This document shows, piece by piece, positions 37,833-45,660 of a stretch of DNA of 64,000 nucleotides. A program made the translations under genes and the position numbers. The notes under the pieces were generated by a model, which did not search any database, had not been told where the DNA came from, and saw only the letters and a program-made list of their open reading frames with translations. The stretch is taken from positions 1,152,001 through 1,216,000 of the forward strand of contig CP186953.1 in assembly GCA_049570475.1 (NCBI GenBank). The letters are read 5' to 3'. Source of the DNA: Candidatus Methanosuratincola verstraetei (lineage in GTDB: Archaea; Thermoproteota; Methanomethylicia; Methanomethylicales; Methanomethylicaceae). How positions within the stretch are numbered: position 1 is the first letter of the stretch; the number at the start of each line of letters is the position of its first letter.

Positions 37833-39449
37833 ATGGTAAAGTTCGTGTTCATCACCGGCGGCGTCCTGAGCAGCGTCGGTAAGGGCATAACGACCTCCTC
37901 GATAGGAAAGATGCTGCAGGCGAGAGGGTATTCGGTCTCGGCAATGAAGATCGACCCATATGTCAACGTAGACGCTGGGACAATGAACCCTTTCATGCAC
38001 GGGGAGGTATTCGTGACCGAGGATGGGGGGGAGACCGACCTCGACCTCGGGCACTACGAGAGGTTCCTTGACATAAACCTCTCTAAGCTCAGCAACATCA
38101 CGACAGGCAAAGTCTACGCTGCAGTGATAGAGAAGGAGCGGAAGGGGGAGTACCTCGGTCAGTGCGTGCAGATAATCCCCCACGTGACCGACGAGATCAA
38201 GGGCGCCATCAGGTCGGCCGCCAAATCCTCCGGTGCAGACGTCTTCCTGGTCGAGATAGGCGGGACCATAGGGGACATCGAGGGGCTCCCGTTCCTGGAG
38301 GCTGTCAGGCAGATGCGGCTAGAGGAGGATCCAGGCGACACGCTCTTCGTCCATGTCGCGCTCGTGCCGATCCTCAACTCAACGAACGAGCAGAAGAGCA
38401 AGCCCTGCCAGCACAGCGTCCAGGAGATGAGGCGGATAGGCATCCAGCCTGACATCATTGTGGCTAGGTGCAGGGTCCCCTTGGACAATGACGTCAGGCG
38501 GAAGATAGCGCTCTTCGGCAGCGTTCCCATCGAGGCCGTCTTCACATCCTATGATGCTGAATGCCTCTACCAGATCCCGATGAACCTCGACGAGCAGGGC
38601 ATGGGCGAGTACATCGTAAAGAAACTGGCGCTCAACGGCAGGACCCCTGACTGGGCGCCGTGGATCTCCATAGTGGACGAGTTCATGAAGGCCTCGACCC
38701 CACTGAAGATTGCCATGTGCGGGAAGTACACGAAGCTTTCCGACTCGTATGTTAGCATAACCGAGGCCCTGAAGCACGCTGGAGCCAAAGTCGGCTGCCG
38801 TGTATCTACGGATTGGGTCGAGACGACCCAGTTTGAGAAGGATCCTTCGAAGGTTGAGCAGCTCGGCGGATACGATGGCATCATGATACTCCCTGGCTTC
38901 GGGTCGAGGGGGACGGAGGGGAAGATACGCGCCGTGCACTATGCCCGCGTGAACAAGAAGCCGCTCCTCGGGATCTGCTACGGCTTCCAGCTCGCAGTTG
39001 TCGAGTATGCAAGGAATGTTCTCGGTCTCGAGGGCGCGAATACCACCGAGGTTGACCCGAAGACCCCCCACCCTGTGATCGATCTCCTGCCTGAGCAGAA
39101 GCAGCTCCAAATGCTAGGGGGGACGATGCGGCTGGGATCCTACAGGATACTCGTGGAGCCCGGGACAATGGTCCACCGCCTGTACAACTCAGATGTTGTC
39201 GTCGAGAGGCACCGGCACAGGTACGAGGTCAACCCGAAGTACTGGGGGCCTCTCAGCGAGAGCGGCATGGTCTTCAGCGGCTGGTCCGAGGACAGGAGGA
39301 GGGTGGAGTTCCTAGAGCTGCCCGATCACCCGTTCTTCCTTGGCACCCAGTCTCACCCAGAGTTCAGGTCCAGGCCGGGCAGGCCATCCATGCCGTATCT
39401 GGGGTTCGTAAGCGCTGCCGCAGGGAAGCCTGCCTGTCGATCAGCCTGA
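37833..39449 (+). CDS. pyrG: CTP synthase
   Basis: TGGVLSSVGKG, DPYVNVDAGTM, GGETDLDLGHYER, GICYGFQ, ERHRHRYEVN, QSHPEF. Confidence 0.97.
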   Translation: MVKFVFITGGVLSSVGKGITTSSIGKMLQARGYSVSAMKIDPYVNVDAGTMNPFMHGEVFVTEDGGETDLDLGHYERFLDINLSKLSNITTGKVYAAVIEKERKGEYLGQCVQIIPHVTDEIKGAIRSAAKSSGADVFLVEIGGTIGDIEGLPFLEAVRQMRLEEDPGDTLFVHVALVPILNSTNEQKSKPCQHSVQEMRRIGIQPDIIVARCRVPLDNDVRRKIALFGSVPIEAVFTSYDAECLYQIPMNLDEQGMGEYIVKKLALNGRTPDWAPWISIVDEFMKASTPLKIAMCGKYTKLSDSYVSITEALKHAGAKVGCRVSTDWVETTQFEKDPSKVEQLGGYDGIMILPGFGSRGTEGKIRAVHYARVNKKPLLGICYGFQLAVVEYARNVLGLEGANTTEVDPKTPHPVIDLLPEQKQLQMLGGTMRLGSYRILVEPGTMVHRLYNSDVVVERHRHRYEVNPKYWGPLSESGMVFSGWSEDRRRVEFLELPDHPFFLGTQSHPEFRSRPGRPSMPYLGFVSAAAGKPACRSA

Positions 39450-39558
39450 TCTCCATTGGCTGACGGATCAGCGGTGATAAAACAAGTATTAGGAATTTTC
39501 CTGCCTATTTAAGTAAGCAGGTGATGGGATTGAAGAATTAAGGAAATAAGACCCAAGT

Positions 39559-39888
39559 TTAGAACTTGAACCTAATCTCCTTAACGTCAGTGCTGCAGAC
39601 CTTCTTCACTCCTCTTATCCCCGGCTTGTAGGAGGTCTTGACAAGGCCCACTTCCTCGAGTATCCTCATCTGTGCGCTGGCATTCGCCTTGCTCTGCTTT
39701 ATCAGCTCTGCGATCTCTTGCATGTCGACCTCCCTGGACTTTATGAAGTTGAGTATCTGTATCCTTGTCGGGGATGAGAGAGCCATTGCAACCTTGGCGA
39801 TGTTTTCCCCTTCCACAGTCATTATGTTTCCTTCATTTTCTGTTTTTTCAATTACTCCGATCATACTTAACACCTTTTTTATTCTCAA
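39559..39888 (-). CDS. ArsR/SmtB-like HTH transcriptional regulator
   Basis: ALSSPTRIQIL...EIAELIKQSKANASAQMRILEEVGLV; true start probably downstream of 39888. Confidence 0.82.
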   Translation of the reverse strand: MRIKKVLSMIGVIEKTENEGNIMTVEGENIAKVAMALSSPTRIQILNFIKSREVDMQEIAELIKQSKANASAQMRILEEVGLVKTSYKPGIRGVKKVCSTDVKEIRFKF

Positions 39889-40043
39889 ATAATATGCGAA
39901 AGAGTCTATCTTTTAAATGTTTCGTCACAGTGATTAGGGGCAATTATAAAATATGAAAAACTACAACGACAAATTTTAATAAGCGTCAGGTTCTCGTATA
40001 CACTCGGTTACATTGTAATATATATGCTTTTAGTTGATCCGTT

Positions 40044-42032
40044 ATGATTAAGTACTCGAAAGTCATTGGCATCGACCGCCACCCATCCGGGAAGGGCTTT
40101 TCCGCAGTGATCATGCGCGGCGGCGAGGTCCTGCTCAGGCGCGAGCTTATGAGTCCGGATGAGGTGACAAAGGCAGCCCTCGATTTTGAGGTCGATGCTG
40201 TGGCTGTTGACAACATCTACGAGATCGGCGACGAGGGCGAGATCAGGCGCTTTGCCGGTAAATTGCTGAAGGCCGAACTCGTCCAAGTGACCGGATCCCC
40301 GAAGGAGGGTTTCCTACCCCTCTCGGCAGTAGGCAAGCGGATAGGCTTCTCGGACGGGGAAAAGCTGAACCCCCTCAAATCTGCAGAAGCATGTGCCAGG
40401 GCGGCAGCCGCAGGGATCGGCTTCGCCGTGAGGGTTTATGGACCGGAGACGAGGATAACCATATCGAGGAAGCGCCGGTACGGGCCAGGCGGCATGAGCT
40501 CAGAGCGGTACAGGCGGAGCGTCGAGGGGGCCGTCCAGAGCCTTGTTGAAGGGGTCAAGTCTGCCCTTGAGTCCAAGGGGATTGAGTTCGACCTCGCGAT
40601 TAAAAAAGGGGCGCACGGGGTCGTCGGCGCCTCCTTCACGGTGTATTCCCCGAGGAACCAGCTATTCGGTATAGTCCGCCAGATCAGGACCTCGAGCGTG
40701 AATGTTAAAATAACCCCGCTTTACACAAAGTCATTTGAGTATATGCCCTTGCTTGAGGAGAGCAGGAGAGAGGCAGTCAAAAGATACCTGATCGTGGGCG
40801 TCGACCCTGGCATGGTCACTGGGGTCGCCGTGATGGATCTGAACGGTCGGGTACTCCGCCTCATGAGCGGGAGGGGAATGACGAGGGGGCAGATAGCGAG
40901 GAGCCTTGCCTCGCTGGGTAGGGCTCTAGTCTTTGCAAGCGACGTCTCTCCGCCTCCTGACATGGTCACGAAGCTCGCGGCGGTGCACAGCGCAATGGTC
41001 TTCTCCCCCGACCGCCCGATGCGGACCTCTGAGAAGTCCGAGATTGCTGGGATCCTCTCCGACGAGCAGGGGATAGTTGTTGAGGACGCGCACCAGAGGG
41101 ACTCACTCGCCGCGGCCTTCAAGGCATTCTCCTCATTCAGGAACAAGCTTGAGCAGTGCGCCTCGCATGCGCGCGCAAGCAGCGATCAGGTGGACCTTGA
41201 AGAGGTGAAGGCGCTTGTGATCAGGGGGATCAGCATAAGCGACGCCATTTCCAGGAGCCGGTCGCCCAATCCTGTGCGGCCGGCCGCCAAGAAGGCGAGG
41301 GCGAGCGGGGAGCGCGAGAGGATAAGGATCCTCGAGTCGAAGTTCGAGGATCTCCGCACTGAGAGGGATGCGCTGATAGAAAAGATCCGGCAGCTGTCCT
41401 CAAGGATAGAAGAGCTCGAGGATGAGATGCGGCTCACGCGCCTCGAGTACAGGCAGCCCCGGGCTTTGGAGAGCTACGAGCTCGAAAGGAGGATCAAGTC
41501 ACTTCTAGACGAGACAACCCGGCTCAGGGCAGAGGTGGACTCGCTCAAGTCCGAGCGGCAGCGGCTGAGGTCTGCGATCTGCACGATAGCCGAGGGGCGA
41601 TCAATCCCCGTAAGGCGGGCAAGGAGGATCGCCGAGGCGGTGCCGCCGCCGGAAGAGGTCGGCGGGCGAGCCTTGATCTACCTTGAATCCATATCTCCGG
41701 CGGAAGGCGATCTCGAATCGGCTTTCAAGCCTTTCGGCAACGTGTTCCTGATCCTCGACGATCAGCCCAGCGCAGGCGTGCAATCAAGGCTTTGGGAATT
41801 GGGGGTGCCCTTTGCGGTCAGGGGCAAGAATGACGGCTTTGTTGTAGACGAAACGCTGGTGATCGAAAGGGAGTCCCTCGAGAAGATGATCCGCGAGGGG
41901 TGCTCCGCCATGGAAGGTGGTATGAAGTCGCGCCCGGACAGGATCAGGGCCCTCTTTGAGGAGTACAAGAAAGAAAGGATGAAGGAAACCCTCAGAAGAG
42001 GGTCACTCTCTTCTCAAGAATTGCCTCTGTGA
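40044..42032 (+). CDS. DUF460 family protein (RNase H-like fold plus coiled coil)
   Basis: AVDNIYE, LVQVTG, GPGGMSSERYRR, IVGVDPG..TG.A..DL.G, HQRDSLAAA. Confidence 0.88.
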   Translation: MIKYSKVIGIDRHPSGKGFSAVIMRGGEVLLRRELMSPDEVTKAALDFEVDAVAVDNIYEIGDEGEIRRFAGKLLKAELVQVTGSPKEGFLPLSAVGKRIGFSDGEKLNPLKSAEACARAAAAGIGFAVRVYGPETRITISRKRRYGPGGMSSERYRRSVEGAVQSLVEGVKSALESKGIEFDLAIKKGAHGVVGASFTVYSPRNQLFGIVRQIRTSSVNVKITPLYTKSFEYMPLLEESRREAVKRYLIVGVDPGMVTGVAVMDLNGRVLRLMSGRGMTRGQIARSLASLGRALVFASDVSPPPDMVTKLAAVHSAMVFSPDRPMRTSEKSEIAGILSDEQGIVVEDAHQRDSLAAAFKAFSSFRNKLEQCASHARASSDQVDLEEVKALVIRGISISDAISRSRSPNPVRPAAKKARASGERERIRILESKFEDLRTERDALIEKIRQLSSRIEELEDEMRLTRLEYRQPRALESYELERRIKSLLDETTRLRAEVDSLKSERQRLRSAICTIAEGRSIPVRRARRIAEAVPPPEEVGGRALIYLESISPAEGDLESAFKPFGNVFLILDDQPSAGVQSRLWELGVPFAVRGKNDGFVVDETLVIERESLEKMIREGCSAMEGGMKSRPDRIRALFEEYKKERMKETLRRGSLSSQELPL

Positions 42033-43209
42033 TCTCGGCTATCGAGTCAAGGGAGTTCTCAACGATCCCCCTGATCTCGCCCTGTATGTTGCTCGTCACT
42101 AGGGATCCCCTCTCCATAACTAGCTGCACATTGGCCATGTGGGGGTCGTCTATTGCCCTGCCGATCTGGCTGACTATCTTGACGTATGCCTCATCCACCC
42201 CCTTTATCTCGGCTATCTTCTCGGCTATCCTCCCAGCCAGCACGTTGTAAATCTTACCCACGTGGCTCACCGGATTCTTGCCGGCTGCAGCCTCCAGCGA
42301 CATTGGCCTCTGTGGCGTGATAAGCCCGTTGGCCCTGTTCCCCCTCCCTGTCTCGCCGTCGTCCCCCATCTCGGCGCTGGTCCCTGTCACCGTGAGGTAG
42401 ACTATCCCCTTCTCAGGCAAATCAGCGTTGTTCAGGAAGACCTCTACAGGCGTGTCGCATTTCCTGGCGATGAAGTCCTCGACCGCTGACTTCAGCTCCT
42501 CCTTGACAGACAGGTAGTGGGATAGATCAGGCACATTCTTCGAGATCGTGGCTGCCGCTATGGTTATCTTGATCTCTCTCCCGGTCCTCAGCCCCATTAC
42601 CTTGACGTCCTCCCCAACCTCGGGGAACCTCTTTTTCGTCTCCGGGCTGTTGATGAACCTCTCAGTGTCGAATACAAGCCTCTCGAGCGTGTCCAAGGGC
42701 GCGTAACCGACGCCGAAGGAGGTGTCGTTCGAGCATATCTTTCCATACCTCGTGTTGAAGTTGCATACCAGGTCAGCCGACCCCTTTCCTATCTTGTGGT
42801 CGATTATCACATGGTGGTCAACGTCAAGGTGGGGGAGATTGTTCCTGATCCAGTTCTTTGCTGCCTGGAGGGCTATCCTACCCACCGGGATGTACTCCAC
42901 CCCGCCGTTGGTGTTCACCTCGCTGGTCGCCCTTCCTGACATTATTATGAAAATCGGGGTGATCACCTCGCCTCCCCCGAACTTGGGGTTCGCCTGCCCC
43001 CCCACAAGGAGCACCTTGTCGACGTTGTGGTGAAGTATTGTGCCGAACCTTTTCTGGTACTCCTTGCAAAGCTCGAGGCTGAACTCCTCCGACAGGCTGT
43101 CTGCGATGTAGTCGGGGTGCCCGAGGCCCTTCCTCTCTACGAACTCGACGCTGTGCGACTCGACCGGCTGCTGCTGGAGCGCTTCTACAACAATGTTCCT
43201 AGGACTCAA
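41992..43209 (-). CDS. mat: Archaeal S-adenosylmethionine synthetase
   Basis: [62 protein letters not shown]. Confidence 0.95.
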   Translation of the reverse strand: MSPRNIVVEALQQQPVESHSVEFVERKGLGHPDYIADSLSEEFSLELCKEYQKRFGTILHHNVDKVLLVGGQANPKFGGGEVITPIFIIMSGRATSEVNTNGGVEYIPVGRIALQAAKNWIRNNLPHLDVDHHVIIDHKIGKGSADLVCNFNTRYGKICSNDTSFGVGYAPLDTLERLVFDTERFINSPETKKRFPEVGEDVKVMGLRTGREIKITIAAATISKNVPDLSHYLSVKEELKSAVEDFIARKCDTPVEVFLNNADLPEKGIVYLTVTGTSAEMGDDGETGRGNRANGLITPQRPMSLEAAAGKNPVSHVGKIYNVLAGRIAEKIAEIKGVDEAYVKIVSQIGRAIDDPHMANVQLVMERGSLVTSNIQGEIRGIVENSLDSIAEITEAILEKRVTLF

Positions 43210-43350
43210 ATATAGCCCTCCACCATCACTTTAAAGGTTAGCATATCCCACTTCCTAATATTGCTTTCTAGTATGACTTTTCGATTGTCGAATAACCCCG
43301 GATAATTTTTCTGGATCTAGGCTGGCGGTCTGGCAAATGCGCTTGGGTTT

Positions 43351-43848
43351 TTACAGGGGCGGCTGCGGGATCTGCCCCTTGATCACCCTCATAAGCTCTT
43401 CCGGCCTCTTGGTGGAGAAGGCGAACTCGTCATACTTGGCGCCCTTCACCTTCAGAACGAGTCGAGGGGCGCTAGTTATGTTGTAGACAAGCCTTGTCTT
43501 TCCATCCACCCTACCTCCCCTTATCCCGAATCCGCCGTACCTGAGCGATGAAGCCTGGTCCAAATAGCAGTCCTCGATCTGATCCCATCTGAAAGAAGTC
43601 CTGATCCTCCCGAACGCCACTGATATCCCGTCGAAGGTCGCCTTGATCGAGAGCCTGCTGAAGTTAAGCGCGATCCCCATGCCTGCCGCTGCGACTATTG
43701 CGATCACAACCAGTGCAATCGGATCCTCGCTCGGGTCGTTCACGTAAGCGAATGTTGTCACCCCTGCCGCGAAGCACAACACACCCAAGACCAGCGCTAT
43801 GATCAGCCTCCATGTTATGGTCTCCTCATAGAGGATGACTGATGACAT
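43351..43848 (-). CDS. Hypothetical two-TM membrane protein with PH-like C-domain
   Basis: Two hydrophobic helices followed by YGGFGIR and FSTKRPEEL motifs. Confidence 0.7.
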   Translation of the reverse strand: MSSVILYEETITWRLIIALVLGVLCFAAGVTTFAYVNDPSEDPIALVVIAIVAAAGMGIALNFSRLSIKATFDGISVAFGRIRTSFRWDQIEDCYLDQASSLRYGGFGIRGGRVDGKTRLVYNITSAPRLVLKVKGAKYDEFAFSTKRPEELMRVIKGQIPQPPL

Positions 43849-43903
43849 GGACCGCTGGCCTCCTCTTAAGGGTGCGTGCTTTGTCTACGCTGGATGGCTC
43901 CAC

Positions 43904-44140
43904 TCATTGGGGTCTCGAGGTCTTGATGTAGAGTATGTTGTTGCCCCTCACCAGGATCTTGCCGTACTTTGCTATCGGCTCGCTGGAATCGTCAGAAGCC
44001 TCAACCGCATCACTCATTATGAGGTTCATTGTTGGGTCGTACTTCTCCAGGATCCCGACGTATTCGTGCCCATCCTTCAGCTTGACAAGGATCTGGCTAT
44101 GCAGGGACTTGTTGAGCAACCTTATCGGCTCGCTAGGCAT
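43904..44140 (-). CDS. Sm-like archaeal protein (SmAP/LSm)
   Basis: Sm1 VKLKDG.EY.G.L..YD..MNL and Sm2 ILVRGNNI; near mat, as crenarchaeal SmAP2 genes are. Confidence 0.92.
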   Translation of the reverse strand: MPSEPIRLLNKSLHSQILVKLKDGHEYVGILEKYDPTMNLIMSDAVEASDDSSEPIAKYGKILVRGNNILYIKTSRPQ

Positions 44141-44220
44141 TTTATCGATACACCAACTTACCGTGAATAGGGCTCGTTATAAAAACCTTTTCTGTGCAGG
44201 ACCTGCGGATGATCCGTCGA

Positions 44221-44796
44221 TCAATCTTCCCTGAATCCCGTGATGAAGATGTCTTTCAACGTTTCTGATGCATGGACCGCTGCCCTGATTCCCGCCGCCA
44301 GCGGGGGTTCTATCCCTGCCCTTTTCAAATAGCTTATCCCAATAGCACCGCCTGCCTTAGTGATCCTCCTGATCTCACTGATTGCCCGTTCCGGGTTCTC
44401 CGCCAGCTGGATCACGCTCACAGAGAATGCCGCATCCGCAACACCATCCTTGAAAGGCATGTTCTCCACATCCCCCAAGACTAAGTCGGCCTCAATCCCC
44501 TTCCGCTTCGCCTCGCGCAGCATGCCAATTGAGCTGTCGATGCCGACCAGCCATGCCTTGGCCCTTTCTGAGACTGACTCGAGAAGGAGTCCTGTGCCGC
44601 ACCCTGCGTCTATGACTGTGTCGCCGTCTCTCAGCCTGACCCTGTTGAGGAGGAACCCTATCTTCAGCTGCTGCTCCTCCCTGTACCTCATGTCGTATAT
44701 ACCAGCAGTTGCGTTGTAATCCTCAGCGATCCTTGTCTTCAATGTGGACGCCCGGATCAAACTTGAAAATCGGTCTGATAAATTATTGCCCGCCAT
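44221..44796 (-). CDS. Class I SAM-dependent methyltransferase
   Basis: VIDAGCGTG, VGIDSS..ML, GDVENMPF.D. Confidence 0.88.
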   Translation of the reverse strand: MAGNNLSDRFSSLIRASTLKTRIAEDYNATAGIYDMRYREEQQLKIGFLLNRVRLRDGDTVIDAGCGTGLLLESVSERAKAWLVGIDSSIGMLREAKRKGIEADLVLGDVENMPFKDGVADAAFSVSVIQLAENPERAISEIRRITKAGGAIGISYLKRAGIEPPLAAGIRAAVHASETLKDIFITGFRED

Positions 44797-44817
44797 CGCT
44801 TCCAGAGGCGGATCTTC

Positions 44818-45122
44818 TTGGCTGAAGCCGTTCCCAAATCCGAAAAAACCGTCCCTGCGGGCACAGTGCTAGTCGGTAAGAAGTCGGTGATGAGCTATGC
44901 AATGGCTGCACTGATGGAGCTGACGGAGTCCGGGTCGGTGACGGTCAAGGCAAGGGGAGGGCGATCTCCCGCGCGGTGGACGTCGCTGAGATCGTCTCGA
45001 AGCGTTTCCTTGGTGGCGATGCCGTGGTCAAGAGCGTTACGATCGGCACTGCGATCGTTGGCGATCCCCATAAGAACGTCTCTACCATAGACATCAAGAT
45101 ATCGAGGAAGCCTGCCAGCTGA
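44818..45122 (+). pseudogene. albA: Alba chromatin/RNA-binding protein with a 1-nt frameshift (possibly a sequencing error)
   Basis: [11 protein letters not shown]...VTVKARG, then in the -1 frame [18 protein letters not shown]...[12 protein letters not shown]; one G is missing from the G run at 44954-44957. Confidence 0.85.
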
Positions 45123-45238
45123 GAAGCATCCCGCAGTCTTGTGATACCCTTCTCTTTCTCTTTCTTTTTCTGTTCAAGTCATGATTCTAGGCATTCCCCA
45201 TCAAGATCAGGATTCGGAATCGGGGAGGATCTTCCTCG

Positions 45239-45517
45239 CTAGCCACCAGCGACCGGAGGGAAGAAAGAGACAACATCCCCATCATTCAGCCCTGTTTCGA
45301 GCCCCCTAAGCCCCCTGACGTCCCTGCCGTTCACGAGGACCTTCACTAGGTCTTTCAGCTTCCCCCCCTCAAGAACATTTTTCATCAGCGCCCCGCCTGT
45401 CCGTGCGTCTAATTCCTCTATGAGGTCGAGCAGCGTGCTCCCTGCGATCTCCAGTTCCATCGCTGGGCAGCCTACTTTCTCCCTCAGATCGGCGAAGAAC
45501 TCAGCCTTCACTTTCAT
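45239..45517 (-). CDS. MoaD/SAMP ubiquitin-like sulfur carrier
   Basis: FFADLRE, VLVNGRD, L.DGDVVSFFPPVAGG with C-terminal GG; divergent from the AOR gene. Confidence 0.92.
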   Translation of the reverse strand: MKVKAEFFADLREKVGCPAMELEIAGSTLLDLIEELDARTGGALMKNVLEGGKLKDLVKVLVNGRDVRGLRGLETGLNDGDVVSFFPPVAGG

Positions 45518-45542
45518 ACGCAACACCGATGAGGATTCTGAA

Positions 45543-45587
45543 TCCTTTCTTCCTTTCCTTCCTTTCCTTCCTCTTCCCTTCCTTCCT
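45543..45587. repeat. 45-nt pure polypyrimidine/polypurine tract with TTCCTTTCC-like tandem units
   Basis: Read directly from the sequence between the moaD-like and AOR start codons. Confidence 0.85.
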
Positions 45588-45660
45588 ATCAAATCCAACC
45601 GGAAGCAGGAAAGATATAAGTGTGCCCCCAATTCTCTCCTGTCATCAGGAGGATCACCGC

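Noticed and set aside
41992-42032. Convergent 3' overlaps (also 4419-4479 and 50182-50213) as antisense regulation
   Set aside because: Short convergent overlaps are common in compact archaeal genomes, and there is no further evidence.
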